Shown: positions 18,327 through 34,422, counted from the stretch's first letter. The stretch: DNA of 64,000 nt from Sulfolobales archaeon (GCA_038841535.1 JAWBTQ010000003.1:1-64000); one strand, 5' to 3'. Translations and numbers: made by a program. The notes: generated by a model not told the origin, from the letters alone.

Positions 18327-19229
18327 CTACTCTGAAGACTGCCTCTCGCTGGAGCTCCTGCTCGCACTAATTGAGCGAACTATGGTAGTTAAACCTGTTA
18401 CAAGCTCCATTGGTAGTACTATCTTCGTTGCTGGACTTTCAGCTATCTTAGATACAGCCTCTAGGTACTGGAGGAATAGCGTGTTAGAGCTAACTCTCGA
18501 TGCTGCCTCGTTTACTAACTCTAGAGACCTCGATATACCTTCAGCTCTCAAGATAGCTGCTTGCTTATCTCCTTCGGCCTTCTTTATTTGGGACTCTCTA
18601 TATCCTTCCGCTTCGAGTATAGCTGACTGCTTCTTGCCATCGGCTTCTAATATCATAGCTCTTCTATTTCTTTCCGCAGCCATCTGCTTTATCATTGCTT
18701 CCTGGACGTCCCTTGGAGGCCTTATCTCCTTTATCTCAACTGAAGTGACTTTTATTCCCCACCTATCAGTAATCTCGTCTAGCTTCGCTCTCAGAGTGCT
18801 ATTAATGTATTCTCTCCTAGCTAAGACATCGTCGAGAAGAAGGTCCCCAACTACTGCTCTAAGAGTAGTCATAGCTATGCCGGTCGATGCCGTGATGTAG
18901 TTGCTAACCGAGGTTACCACGAGAGCCGGATCGAATACCTTGATGTAGACGAGTAAGTCTATATCTACTGGTGCGTTATCTTTTGTTATACACGTTTGTG
19001 GTGGGATGTCTATTACAAACTCCCTTAGGTCTACCTTGATCGCGCTGTCTATTATAGGGACGAGAACCACTAGCCCGGGGCCCTTGACACCTATCATTCT
19101 ACCGAGCCTGAAAACTACTAATCTCTCGTACTCAGGTACTATCCTGACGCTTCTGGCAATAATCGATACTATAAATATCACTACTATAGCTAAGGCTATC
19201 AAGGTAAATAGATCCAAACACTCACCCAA
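18327..19229 (-). CDS. SPFH/stomatin (band 7) protein
   Basis: VPEYERLVVFRLG, ITKDN, WGIKVTSVEI, QMAAER. Confidence 0.95.
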   Translation of the reverse strand: MGECLDLFTLIALAIVVIFIVSIIARSVRIVPEYERLVVFRLGRMIGVKGPGLVVLVPIIDSAIKVDLREFVIDIPPQTCITKDNAPVDIDLLVYIKVFDPALVVTSVSNYITASTGIAMTTLRAVVGDLLLDDVLARREYINSTLRAKLDEITDRWGIKVTSVEIKEIRPPRDVQEAMIKQMAAERNRRAMILEADGKKQSAILEAEGYRESQIKKAEGDKQAAILRAEGISRSLELVNEAASRVSSNTLFLQYLEAVSKIAESPATKIVLPMELVTGLTTIVRSISASRSSSERQSSE

Positions 19230-19389
19230 GTAATATATAGGTGTGAAATCTAAATAAATAATACCTGATAAGGCAAATACCTGCTACAGACAGAAAGACC
19301 GACGGTATCGAATGCCTCAATAGCTACCTGAAGGTAGGCTACTCACCCTCCCTTGTAGGGCGTCTATGTGTGCTTCCCGCTGAGTGTAA

Positions 19390-20646
19390 TCAGTGTTCAC
19401 GCTTTTCTGAAACACTCTCTACATACAGAAAAAGCCCTTTTACGTCTTTCACAACGACTCGGCTACCCGCGGGGATAGTGTTGCTGACAGAAAAGGCCGA
19501 CCATTCCTCCCCCTTAACGTGAACTACTCCGGGAGTTGCTGGCCCTATATCCGTTTTAGCTACCCCTATAGAGCCTACGAGAACCTCCTTGAGTTTAGGC
19601 TTTCTGAGTCTAGTGGTTTGAGCTACTTTAAAAACTATGAAGCCTAGGAAAGCCCCTAGAAATCCGAGCGTTATGGCGACTCCGACTACTGAGGGCTCTA
19701 TCGTAGGGACAGGCCTCCCTCTTAGGCTCATGTACAATCCTAGTGTGAGCAATATGAGGCCCACTATCCCGAAGCCTTGGAGTCCTGGATTCATGAATTC
19801 TACAAGTACTAATACGGCACCGGAAAGCATTAGGGTTAGTACGAGAAGGTCTGGTGGTATTATGTTCATACCGTAGAGAGCTGCCGCTATTAGTAGTACA
19901 CCAGCTATGGCGTATCCCTGAAATCCTGTTACTAGTACTTCAGCTATAATTAGAAAGACCCCAAGGCTGAAAGCGATTGAGTAAATCAGAGGGTCAGATA
20001 TCACAGAGAGAATTCTATCCCAGAGGTCCTTTCTAAATATCTTACTGGGCTCTGGAGCTCCTAAATCTCTTACTATATCATCTACTGAGAGAGCTTTCTT
20101 AGCTAGTCCAAGTGCTATGGCTTCTTCATCTGTTAGAGTTAGTGCTTCAGTAACGAATCTCACTACTATATCCACCTTTGTTTCGTTTCCGTAAGCTCTC
20201 CAAGCTAGAGCCCTAAAGCGGGAAGCTACGTAGTTTACTGACTTAGGGTCGTCAGGGTAGGGTCTGGCAGCACCTATTACGGAGCTAGGTGCCATGTAGA
20301 TCCTACCACACGCTACTGCTATGAGTGCTGCGGCTGAGGCGGCTTTCCCACCAGGTGGTACGTAAGCAACACACTCTATACCACGAGTAACTAAGAGCTC
20401 TGCTATGCTATCAGCAGAATATACGTACCCTCCGTAGCTGTCTAAATAGAGAACTAGAAGTCCATTCGAAGGTAGCCTCTCGACGGCTCTTTGAACTAGA
20501 GATACAGTCCCACCATCAACTATATCAGTGACCTCAACTACCATAGTCTCAGTATACGCGTTGAGCGATAAAGCCATGAGCATTAATAGCAGAAACACTA
20601 GGTATGATCTCACGCTCCACCCCGAATTTATTCTCGAGACAACCAT
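19390..20646 (-). CDS. nfeD: NfeD / stomatin operon partner membrane protease
   Basis: DSYGG, AASAA ClpP-like domain, TM region, GEEWSA OB-fold. Confidence 0.92.
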   Translation of the reverse strand: MVVSRINSGWSVRSYLVFLLLMLMALSLNAYTETMVVEVTDIVDGGTVSLVQRAVERLPSNGLLVLYLDSYGGYVYSADSIAELLVTRGIECVAYVPPGGKAASAAALIAVACGRIYMAPSSVIGAARPYPDDPKSVNYVASRFRALAWRAYGNETKVDIVVRFVTEALTLTDEEAIALGLAKKALSVDDIVRDLGAPEPSKIFRKDLWDRILSVISDPLIYSIAFSLGVFLIIAEVLVTGFQGYAIAGVLLIAAALYGMNIIPPDLLVLTLMLSGAVLVLVEFMNPGLQGFGIVGLILLTLGLYMSLRGRPVPTIEPSVVGVAITLGFLGAFLGFIVFKVAQTTRLRKPKLKEVLVGSIGVAKTDIGPATPGVVHVKGEEWSAFSVSNTIPAGSRVVVKDVKGLFLYVESVSEKREH

Positions 20647-20916
20647 ATATTTTTGACAAAGTGCTCTTGAGCCTCGTCATGAGGATAAAGCCCCCTTTTC
20701 AGAGGACTTAAGTCTCAGCATAGAGCCCGTTTCGAGGTTCGAGTTTTTAAGGAAAGCTTAATGGCATAGTACCAGAGTTCCGTCTAAGTAAGCTTCTGCG
20801 ATTAGGGAAATACCGAGAAGCAGCCACTTCCTCAGGAAAGGTTATACACTATCTAGAAGACTGACTAAGATATGGAAACGCTTAAAGTAAAACTCGGGGG
20901 GATAGTACGCAGCGGT

Positions 20917-20994
20917 AGGTCGGTAGCTCAGCCCGGTGGAGCGCCAGGCCTCGTAAGCCGGTGGCTGCGGGTTCAAATCCCGCTGACAGCTCCA
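20917..20994 (+). pseudogene. Degenerate tRNA-Thr(CGT)
   Basis: D and T arms and CTCGTAA loop intact; acceptor stem mispaired, extra A in anticodon stem. Confidence 0.75.
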
Positions 20995-21794
20995 GCTCCC
21001 GAAGGGAGTTAGTGACCCGTAGACCACTGCTTCACCGCCCCCACATTAGTAAAAAAGCTCTCGTGTTAAGGAGCGACTCTCCGAGGACTGGTGGCGGCTG
21101 ACGCAGCACGAGAATTAGACCTAGGAGGTGTTTCAGGAGTAAATAAGGATGAAAATACTGCGGTAGGATTAGGTAAACCAAGAGTAGGTAGGACTAGGGG
21201 ATCTTCGGGGACACTCTTTAGAGACTGAAAAGAAGCACTCTACAGCGAATGTAAAATGGTTCGAAGCTTCGAGGACTCTCCGTGGCTCAGAAGAGCTTAC
21301 GCTATTTCTCGGCACTGGGAATATTGCTTCGAGCCGGTTACCACGCGTATCACAGGTCTTACTAATCTTGTTGGGGAGCTGAAACCAGTCGTTCGGTACG
21401 GAGACTCCCAGCTTGATTCACTATGCAACTTTGTCTACCAGACCCTCATCGCTTACGAATCGCTTGTTGGAGTAGGACGAGTCAGCATCGACTTGCCTGC
21501 TAGAGTTAGCGAAGCTGCGAGAAAAATGCGAAGATCTTACGCCACCCTGTTAGTGGATCTTGCCTTGCTAGTGCTAGCCGGGGCAGTTCCTCAAGAGAGC
21601 AATAGAGACTACGGTTCTAGAACCGCGCAGTGACACGAGATGTCTCGAGGACTGCAGTGGCCTCGGTGACGGAGTTGGTGGTGGTTTGCTGGTACCCCCG
21701 AGAGCACCTGAGTGCAACCCCGATCCATCACTCAACCTTGAGTGCTCTTAATAAAGGTTAAAGCTTTAATTTTCTATAACATTACCATCGCAAG

Positions 21795-23123
21795 GTGGTG
21801 TAGGTTTTGTTGGACGACTTAAAGGATTTGGCTTCTTATCTCTGGTGTTACTCCTCGTTACCTAACCAATACTGAGACCTTTAGCCGAGGTATCATCGGC
21901 ATGGACTATAGTGAGCAACCCAGGACCTGGGTTCGACGTATCAATCGGAGTCTGCGTGTGGGAGAACATGGTGTTCGTTGCGGGCTAAGAGGGAGTTTCA
22001 AATGGCTCTAGCACCCGTTATGTAGCCCGAGTCGAGGCCCGCGACCTTCGTGGCAGCTCGCTTAAATCTCTCCGAAGGTCAACCTAGGAGATAGTGAAAC
22101 GATCTTTGTATCTTGTAGGGTCGGCGACGGCAATCTATTCATTGTGGAATCGTCTTGGTATCTTGATGGACTCGGTAGGCTTTACGTGCTTTCTCTATAG
22201 CTAGACGATCTCTCAGTGATATTTGCGGTTTACTCGGAGCCTAGAACTACGGGTACGGCTCTAACCATCCTCGGAAGTTACGTCTACGTCATTGGTACCA
22301 TGCTCACCGAAGAGGGAGACCTCCTGTGGCTTGCGGAGAAGAGGAGGGTCTCAGACCTCGGACTAGTGAGGAGATACACATACGATCCGTCCCCAGTAAA
22401 AGCCGTTCCCCAGGGGTCACTGTGTTGCATAGATTTCCACTACCTGACCAACACCCTCTGGGTGGTGGGTTACAGCGATACTAAAGTCTCATGAACCGTT
22501 TTAATGCTAGACGATGAGCTTGAGCTCGTTAGAGAAGTAAACTCCCCACGGGATACGGCGTCGGCTCTATGTGCTTCGACTCGAGGGGGTTAGCCTACTT
22601 GTCGGAATGAGGGGTTGGCGTCTCTAGACTTTAATGGGAGGTTTGTTAGAAAGCTTGAGACAGTCGCTGAGGTGAGGAACGTAGGGATAGCCTGCGGAGA
22701 TGGAATCTTGTACGTTGTCTCTTTAGTCTGGAGCTAACAGAAGAACCTCTGGAATTTCGCACTACATACTTACTATGCGGACTTTACTGCCCTGGGAGCA
22801 GTCTCCCTTAATATAACCACTAAAATATACTATTCGTTCTATACATAAAGTCGGTGGAATACCTCATAGTCGTGCCAGTGCATCAAACTGTAAGACCTGT
22901 GGGAATATGGCAGGACTACCCAGACAATAGTTGGGTAGTGGCAGTCCTAAAGATATCGAAACCTAGGGTATCTAAGTTACCGCCGGAAACCCGCACACCC
23001 TCGGAGCTTGCGGTTCCTCCTGCTGTGGAGACGCCTACTTGGATAACATTCGTAGCCGGAGCTGGGACCGCGGCCATCCTCTTAGCAATCGCGCTAACTT
23101 TACTCAAGCCTAAGCGCCGGTAG
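21795..23123 (+). pseudogene. Decayed secreted beta-propeller-like surface protein with C-terminal TM anchor; 5' limit approximate
   Basis: Fragments VSNPGPGFD.., YVYVIG..WLAEKR, TM plus KPKRR tail; several stops and frameshifts. Confidence 0.55.
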
Positions 23124-23179
23124 GAAAGGTTCGCGGTTTCACATCCACAGTAAGTGAAGAAGCCTAACGCAACTGTTTC

Positions 23180-23456
23180 GGGTTTCACATCTTTCCATAT
23201 TTGTTTATGTGGATGGGGACGCTTGTAAGTACTCTATGTGTAGTGGTATGTGGAAGTAGTTCGATGAGGGGTCGAGAGCCGTTGCGACGCCCTAGATGAC
23301 GGCTCTCACTGAGTTACTCAAGATTTGGGACGCCCGGGAATGCCCCGAACGCCCTTAAGGGTGACGCAGACCCAAGACCGATGCGGGGAAGCGGAGATGA
23401 GGCAATGAAGTCAAACAATACAAACCAACTTCAAGATCTTGAGCGGGGTTCAGCTC
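23180..23456 (+). mobile_element. Type-1 mini-element with inverted right terminus
   Basis: Follows CTGTTTC; first ~100 nt near-identical to the 1012 copy; terminus present as GGGGTTCAGCTC. Confidence 0.8.
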
Positions 23457-23786
23457 CTGTGACTCCTAAGAAAGTTAAGGGCACGCACGCATGAAATATC
23501 ATACAACCGCCCTAGCGTGATGGTCATTCCTGTCACCTGGCGTAAACTCTTCAAAACTTAAACCTCCGTTTCGGCTACTTCTACTACATAGCTTCTGTAA
23601 CGTGTGCGGCTCGATCACCATGAGTATTAGCAGCAACGAGACGACTAAATACGGCTTCACTTTCTCCCCCAAGTATGCTACTACGTAGCCACATACCAAC
23701 ACCCCCAAGTAAGACCCCGGAGATACTGTTTCAGCATAGTTTTACGTGTAGACTCTGACGCGCTGGAGTACTCTGAGGAGACTACG

Positions 23787-23863
<77 letters not shown>

Positions 23864-24055
23864 GCCGTCGTGTGCAGTTTTCCTCTTATGGTTTAAATCT
23901 TTTCACCTTTGCTCGCTCGTGTCTTAAGCTACAGCCTCCGGCCTAAGTGGGGTTTGCGTAAGCTTATAACCAAGGATTACCCGGTGATAGAGGCTCAGAC
24001 CGCTGAACGATGAAAATCTCCGGTAGGATGGCGTAAGTCACGCGAAGTCTAAACC

Positions 24056-24742
24056 TCATGCCATGCTGTCAGCGACTAAGGCTATCTGTTTTACGAGCTC
24101 AGGGAAAAGACTCTTCCTCTCTCCTTCGTCCGCCTTTCTGTATCTTCTCAGCAGTTCGAGTATTCCACCGACCTCTAGCCCGATGCGCAGTACTCTTCTT
24201 AGTAGCCACGAGGTCAATCTGCAGACGTTCCCAGGGCGCTCAGACATCGTAGCACTCTCGTAGTCGATGATCTTGACCTTGCCGTCCACCGTTATCAGTA
24301 CGTGCCTATCCGCTCTACTTAGCTCTCTGTGCTCTACCCACCGGATGTCCAGTCCTCTCCCCGCTGAGATTACTTTGAGCACTAGTGCGGCGATCCTCTC
24401 GGCTTTGAGTACTGCCTCCGCTACCGATACTCCCTCTACTAACTCCATCAGTATATAGTGCTCCCCGCACTCTATGACCCTTGGAGCTAGTGGGTAGGCT
24501 CTCTCCGCCAACCTGCATTCTGTTAGTAGCTCCGCCCTCTTGGAGTCCGTCCTCAAGACTTTCAGCGCTGCTCGAGCTCCATTATATAGGAGTGCCTCGA
24601 GGACTGTGGAAGAGTGTCCTTTTCCGATCAGCCTACTCACACCTACTATCCCCAGGCTACTGAGCTTGGCTAATCTCTTCTCGACGCACTCTCTGCTGTA
24701 ACTCGGGTAGCATAAATACCGAAGAACTTCAGACTTCCACAT
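24056..24742 (-). CDS. Atypical Ser/Thr protein kinase (RIO/Bud32-like fold)
   Basis: IGKGHSS, ALKV, ILMELVEG, HREL, IIDYESA. Confidence 0.85.
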   Translation of the reverse strand: MWKSEVLRYLCYPSYSRECVEKRLAKLSSLGIVGVSRLIGKGHSSTVLEALLYNGARAALKVLRTDSKRAELLTECRLAERAYPLAPRVIECGEHYILMELVEGVSVAEAVLKAERIAALVLKVISAGRGLDIRWVEHRELSRADRHVLITVDGKVKIIDYESATMSERPGNVCRLTSWLLRRVLRIGLEVGGILELLRRYRKADEGERKSLFPELVKQIALVADSMA

Positions 24743-25331
24743 TTGCGTGAAGCTCCCTCAGGTCTTCCTCATCGATTCCGAGCTTCTCCATGAGCTCTGA
24801 GATTACTGAGTCTAGTACTACTTGAGCAACGAGCTCGAACTGAGTTCCCAGAGGTGCTAGTGGCTCGTGTAGACCGAGAAGCTGCCTGACCTCCCACCTG
24901 TCTTCGTGACTCACCTTCGTCCTCCCGGGAATTGAAATGGTCATGTCGGCTATCTTTGATAGTGGTGAGTCGGGGTATGATGTAAGTGCCACTACCTTTA
25001 CACCTAAGCTCTTAGCTACTTCAGCAGCAGCTACAACAGCAGCCGACCGCCCAGAACCCGATATAGCTATTAGCAAGTCGCCAACTCTAGCGGCTGGAGT
25101 TACTGTCTCACCGACTACGTAGGCAGAGAAGCCTAAGTGCATCAACCTCATAGCGAAAGCTCTACCAACTAGACCCGACCTACCTACACCGACAACAAAC
25201 ACTCTCTTACTATCTCTATACACCTGCTCAAGGATTCTAACTAGAGACTCTACTTCGTCATCCGATATAAAGCTAGCGGCCGCTTCTAAGTACTTAACTA
25301 GAGCTAAATACGCTCTTCTAAATACCTTCAA
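24729..25331 (-). CDS. hxlB: 6-phospho-3-hexuloisomerase
   Basis: GVGRSGLVGRAFAMRLMHLG, APLGTQFE, HANVE. Confidence 0.95.
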   Translation of the reverse strand: MKVFRRAYLALVKYLEAAASFISDDEVESLVRILEQVYRDSKRVFVVGVGRSGLVGRAFAMRLMHLGFSAYVVGETVTPAARVGDLLIAISGSGRSAAVVAAAEVAKSLGVKVVALTSYPDSPLSKIADMTISIPGRTKVSHEDRWEVRQLLGLHEPLAPLGTQFELVAQVVLDSVISELMEKLGIDEEDLRELHANVEV

Positions 25332-25412
25332 CTCTCCCTAAGAAGGATTAAGAAAAGCTAATTTAAGCTTAGCACCGCACACAGGCCCTAAAACGCAGCA
25401 CCACCCACTCAA

Positions 25413-28471
<3,059 letters not shown>

Positions 28472-28609
28472 TCCTGAGTAAGTGGTGCTGTATCGTCGGG
28501 CCTGTGTGCGGCGCTCACTAAGTTCGCGCCATCCACCCAGGAGAGCACTCCCGGGCTTCACCATGGGCTACCCAGACACTCACGCAGACCGACCGCACAC
28601 TCTATGATT

Positions 28610-30107
<1,498 letters not shown>

Positions 30108-30337
30108 CGCGGCCGCAAGGCCGCGGAGTGTGCGGTCAGTCTATCACGCGGTCTGGGTAGCCCCTGTCGGACCCGAATATCTCGGGGTTAGTTCCCCCGG
30201 TTTATTCGGGTCCCCATAGAGTTATTTTGATTGCGTGTCGCCGCAACCGGAGGCGTTCCTTCATCCATGGGGCTCTGCCCCCTGTCCGGTCCAGCCGCCG
30301 CCAGGAGGTTGCGGCCGTATATTTCCTTAGTTAGCGG

Positions 30338-30347
30338 ATTTATAAGC
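30338..30347 (-). promoter_or_regulatory. rRNA operon TATA box
   Basis: GCTTATAAA about 25 nt upstream of the GC-rich leader. Confidence 0.6.
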
Positions 30348-30491
30348 TATACGCTGAGAGGCGTCAAGTATGCCTCTTAACTTTTTGTATTATTTGTGGA
30401 CGCCTTTTTGTATAACTTAACCCCTCTTGATAAGCTACTAATATAGCTTTACCAAGCTCATAGCGGGGCGGGTAGACTGAAGTGCCTCAAG

Positions 30492-31016
30492 ATGCCCGAG
30501 AATCTTAGGGAATCCCTCGCGCGCGGGTTTCTCGGCATAAGGATTTGTGGTAGTGAGGAGTATGTTACTAGGCACTTACTGAAATTACTGAAGAGCTGCC
30601 CTGAAGCAATCGTCGTTGGAGACTTTGCTTGTCTAAAGCTATTGAATTCTGGTTACATACCTAGAGTGTGCGTGATTGATGGAGTAACAAGAAGAACTCA
30701 AGCTCAGTCAATTGCGCTTAGATACTTTAGTAAGGTAGTTAGGGCCCTCAACCCACGGTCTCATGTATGTCAAGGTGCTGTTGAGAAGATACTGGAGGCA
30801 ATACAAGAAGCTAAGCAAAAGGAGAACGTATTGATACTAGTCGATGGTGAAGAAGACCTCCTGGCTCTTCCAGCCATAGCCGAAGCCCCAATTGGTTGGT
30901 GCGTTATCTACGGACTACCCGGGTGCGGAATTGAGTTAATTGTTGTAGACCAATATACCGCAGAGTCCGCAAGAAAGATACTCGACCTTTTCGAAGAAGT
31001 AGAACTGCAACTATAA
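30492..31016 (+). CDS. GTP-dependent dephospho-CoA kinase (DUF359)
   Basis: VGD, IDGVTRR, NP, VDGEEDLLALP, YGLPG. Confidence 0.88.
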   Translation: MPENLRESLARGFLGIRICGSEEYVTRHLLKLLKSCPEAIVVGDFACLKLLNSGYIPRVCVIDGVTRRTQAQSIALRYFSKVVRALNPRSHVCQGAVEKILEAIQEAKQKENVLILVDGEEDLLALPAIAEAPIGWCVIYGLPGCGIELIVVDQYTAESARKILDLFEEVELQL

Positions 31017-32763
31017 GGAAGACCGCGGCAGCTACTGGAGCAAGCAGCAAGTGCCACGCATAAGTCCGGGAACCTTCTGCTTCACCCACTAGGAGATAGC
31101 GAAGAACGAAGCCTAAAACAGAGGCTTTTAAGTAGAAACTCAAGCAGTTAGCTGGATCTTCAAAAGAATCAACACAGCTATCACCAAGCTCCACTAAAGC
31201 GTAAATAGCTGGATCACCTGTGGAGATAGCGAGTGCTGCGGCCCTAGCTCGTGAAATCTCAGTGATGTACTGAAGATCTGCATACTGACTATAGTAAGTG
31301 TTTAGCAAGAGCTCGAGCAGAGTTTTGAGAACATACACCAGAGACATAACTGGGTTGGAAGCCAGCAGATTAGCCCCCACTTGAAGATACTGCCTTAGTA
31401 CGCCAAGAGACCGATTGCACCACAAATTAGGCACCACCACCTCACCGAAACTGTCTACCATAGCAGAGGCGTAGTCTAAAAGTAGCTGAACCCTCCTAAG
31501 ATCTACTTCCAAGCGACCTACCCTACCCGCAAGTTCGCTGCTCAGTAAGTCAAGAGCTACAATAACAGAGTCAGCTACACGCGCGCTCTTAACTAACCCG
31601 TAAACTCTTCTCTCAAGACTAAGAGAAGAGACCGAAGAGTTGAATTCCTCCCAAGAATCTAGTAGGAACCAGCATACTGTGGATAAAGATATAGTGCTTC
31701 TAAACGACATGCCGCTAGCTCTAGAGTAGAAGTAACAAAAGCTTTCAGCAGACTTTAACCTCTCCAAAGCTCTACTAGCAAGGGCGTCTAGAGCACTGTG
31801 CTCTCTCCTTACGCTACAGTTCCACACTGCTGTCTCTACCCTCAATAGCACTGAGATTAGTTGCCCCAGAATGTAAGCTAAACTCTTTACTGGCTGCTTC
31901 CCCAAGACCTCACTACTTATGTGCTCAAACTCCAATGCTAGCTTGCCGGCAATATCCTCACCACACGTTATAGCGACACTAGTTAGCCCTTTCCTAGTAG
32001 CTTCACTTAGGTAGTCTATTAATCCTGCCATCACTCTATTAGTAGCTGATAGCTCCTCTACATACCGCTTAACGAGTAGAGAACCGGCACTGAGGTGCTT
32101 CAAGACCTCATCAATACCGCGTACTTCTACGACTTCGAGACCGAGAGCTCTACCGAAATCCACTAAGCTTACTGCTGTTCCATTTATCACTACAGAGACC
32201 AAGTTACCAGCGGGAACGAAGACCTTCTTAACTAGAGACGATAACGCTATAATTTTCTCAGCCAGATACCCAACAGGACCTATGCTTCCATCCGGCATTA
32301 AAATGCCTGTAACTGCGATAGGCTCTCTTACGTTGACCCCTAGGATCGCTAGTGCGAAACCTACTCCAAGCGCTGCACTAAGCGATGGACCTTGCGCTCT
32401 AGCAGCAAGCGATCTGACTTGCACGAAGTAGTTGTATTTGCTGAACTCAGTTCCGACTATAGCAGATGCTACTATGGCAGCAACTTTAGCGAAGAGAATG
32501 AAGGTTTCGTCAACTAAAGGCTCTGCGTAGATAAAGACGGCTCCACTCCCGCGCGTTACTGCTAGAAGTACTTCAGCGGGGTACCCTGAGACCCTTCCAT
32601 CTGTTATAGCAATGCCAGCAGAATATACTGAAACATCAACACACCCCTCCATATCTCCTAGGTATTGGCAGAGCCCGCTACTGAAGCTAGAGAACACTCT
32701 GAGGCAGTTAAATACAGAAGAAGCTAGCAACAACACCGCAAAGAAGGCAGTAAGGCGCTTCAA
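30904..32763 (-). CDS. Secreted, membrane-anchored Lon-C (S16) protease
   Basis: Signal-like N-terminus, GPSL (Ser) and TG..PDGSIGPVG..EK (Lys) dyad, C-terminal TM. Confidence 0.8.
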   Translation of the reverse strand: MKRLTAFFAVLLLASSVFNCLRVFSSFSSGLCQYLGDMEGCVDVSVYSAGIAITDGRVSGYPAEVLLAVTRGSGAVFIYAEPLVDETFILFAKVAAIVASAIVGTEFSKYNYFVQVRSLAARAQGPSLSAALGVGFALAILGVNVREPIAVTGILMPDGSIGPVGYLAEKIIALSSLVKKVFVPAGNLVSVVINGTAVSLVDFGRALGLEVVEVRGIDEVLKHLSAGSLLVKRYVEELSATNRVMAGLIDYLSEATRKGLTSVAITCGEDIAGKLALEFEHISSEVLGKQPVKSLAYILGQLISVLLRVETAVWNCSVRREHSALDALASRALERLKSAESFCYFYSRASGMSFRSTISLSTVCWFLLDSWEEFNSSVSSLSLERRVYGLVKSARVADSVIVALDLLSSELAGRVGRLEVDLRRVQLLLDYASAMVDSFGEVVVPNLWCNRSLGVLRQYLQVGANLLASNPVMSLVYVLKTLLELLLNTYYSQYADLQYITEISRARAAALAISTGDPAIYALVELGDSCVDSFEDPANCLSFYLKASVLGFVLRYLLVGEAEGSRTYAWHLLLAPVAAAVFLIVAVLLLRKGRVSFLRTLRYIGLQQLTQFRTRVVRR

Positions 32764-32814
32764 TACTTTACCCAACCAGTAGATTTTAAGAAGTAATATA
32801 TCCTTTGGGAGAAG

Positions 32815-33432
32815 TTGAAGGTAGTAGTAGAACACCTAGAAGAATGCCTATCTCCGTGGTTAATGTGTGAGTACAGTTACGTAGTGAAGTTGTTCAAGAA
32901 TAGCGTTCTCTTCACTAACGTAAAGTCTTTGCGAGCACAGAGAGCTCTCAAGGAACTAGGAGCGGACGTAGTTGAGGTTAGTGTAGTCGACTTAGTAGCT
33001 AGTAGTAGTTTAAGGCATCCTATAATCTTAGACCCCAAAGCTCGTGAGACCTTAAGCCTCAGTGATCTAGTGAGCGCCGACTCAGTAATTATCGGGGGAA
33101 TAATGGGAGAACACCCACCAAAAGGGCGAACATTCCGTGAAATAACCTCTAGACTTACCTCAAGAGCTAAAGTGAGAAACCTCGGCAAATTTCAGCTGAC
33201 TATCGCTGGTGCCGCCTACGTACTGAAGAGAGTGATGGAAGGCGCTAGGCTGGAATCTCTAGACATAAGGTTCGGACTTGAGTTTACTGTCCCAGTAGGA
33301 AAATACGAGGTAACTATAGAGTTACCATACGCCTTTCCCTACGAGGAAGGGAGGCCGGTACTACCCGAAAATTACTTAGAGACCATAGCAAAGAGGTCAC
33401 TAGCCTACGAGTTAAAACCAAGGTGCTTTTGA
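32815..33432 (+). CDS. SPOUT methyltransferase, SFM1-like
   Basis: VEHLE..W..EY, ILDP, IGGIMGEHPPKGRT, ELPY. Confidence 0.85.
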   Translation: MKVVVEHLEECLSPWLMCEYSYVVKLFKNSVLFTNVKSLRAQRALKELGADVVEVSVVDLVASSSLRHPIILDPKARETLSLSDLVSADSVIIGGIMGEHPPKGRTFREITSRLTSRAKVRNLGKFQLTIAGAAYVLKRVMEGARLESLDIRFGLEFTVPVGKYEVTIELPYAFPYEEGRPVLPENYLETIAKRSLAYELKPRCF

Positions 33433-33489
33433 CCTACCCTAAAGAGCGCTACTTCAAATACTCAGAAGCTACTACTGAATCGACGCAGA

Positions 33490-34422
33490 CTACTGCTTTA
33501 TAAATTTAACTGCTCGAGTCTCCTTAATTGACTTATACCAGTCTCTAGCGGAAGTATCTACCTCTAAGAACGCTCCTACAGTGTTATAGTAGGGTGGACC
33601 AGTTCGGCTGAAGAGAGTGATCACTTTCCCATTGTGGTTAAGCTTATAGCCTTTAGCACACGGTTCATGACCTCTAATTACTAGCTTTACGTTAAACGTC
33701 TTTACCACCCACTCGGTAATAGGTCGCCCGAAGAGCATTCCAGCACCTCTAGGAGACTCTTGAGCTTCATCGCTGGACTCTATGGGATCGTTCCATAGCA
33801 CCTCAACTACCACGTCACGCGATAGTCCAGCTATAGAGCCTAACAAATACTCCCTCACATTTTGAGTCTTCTTGTACGTCACCGTAGGTAAGCCCCCGTG
33901 AAGTGCTAAGAAGAAGTTCCTAAAGTAAGCTGCTAAGTGGAGCCTCGTAAATATATCATTAACGAAAAACTCGTATATTTTCAACCCCTCACTAATTAAA
34001 TAACGCGATATGAGCTCGTCCGGGAAATCATGTGGTGAAGGCTCGACTATGTCTACTCCTTCGTGGTTTCCTTTGAGCAGAAAGATCGAGTCTGGGTACT
34101 CTCTCTTAAGCTCTAACAAAGTGATAAGCACCTCCAGCTGGCTCTCGCCGCGATCTATATAATCACCTAAAAAGACGATCTTAGTGTTACCACTCTTTAA
34201 GTGCTCCTCATCGTAATTACTCAAAATCGCCTTGAGATCCTCAAGGTTTCCGTGAATATCTCCCACGAAGACGTAGCGTACTTCGTCCTTAAAGGTTACT
34301 ATATCTCCGTATCTCGCCATAGAGTTAGTTAAAACTTCCCGATAATCCTCTAGTCTCGATCTTAGAGACTCTGAGGTTGAAATAATACTGAGAGCTCTAT
34401 CGATGTACTTACTTAGGTCCAT
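33490..34422 (-). CDS. PPP-family Ser/Thr protein phosphatase
   Basis: GDIHG, GDYIDRG, GNHE, HGG, LWNDP, RGHE. Confidence 0.95.
   Translation of the reverse strand: MDLSKYIDRALSIISTSESLRSRLEDYREVLTNSMARYGDIVTFKDEVRYVFVGDIHGNLEDLKAILSNYDEEHLKSGNTKIVFLGDYIDRGESQLEVLITLLELKREYPDSIFLLKGNHEGVDIVEPSPHDFPDELISRYLISEGLKIYEFFVNDIFTRLHLAAYFRNFFLALHGGLPTVTYKKTQNVREYLLGSIAGLSRDVVVEVLWNDPIESSDEAQESPRGAGMLFGRPITEWVVKTFNVKLVIRGHEPCAKGYKLNHNGKVITLFSRTGPPYYNTVGAFLEVDTSARDWYKSIKETRAVKFIKQ

Noticed and set aside
21795-23123. Possible stop-codon recoding
   Set aside because: All three stop types and frameshifts occur, which is ordinary pseudogene decay.
23975-24055. CTGA/ACGATGA motifs as a C/D sRNA
   Set aside because: Box order is ambiguous and the best guide matches are only about 8 nt.
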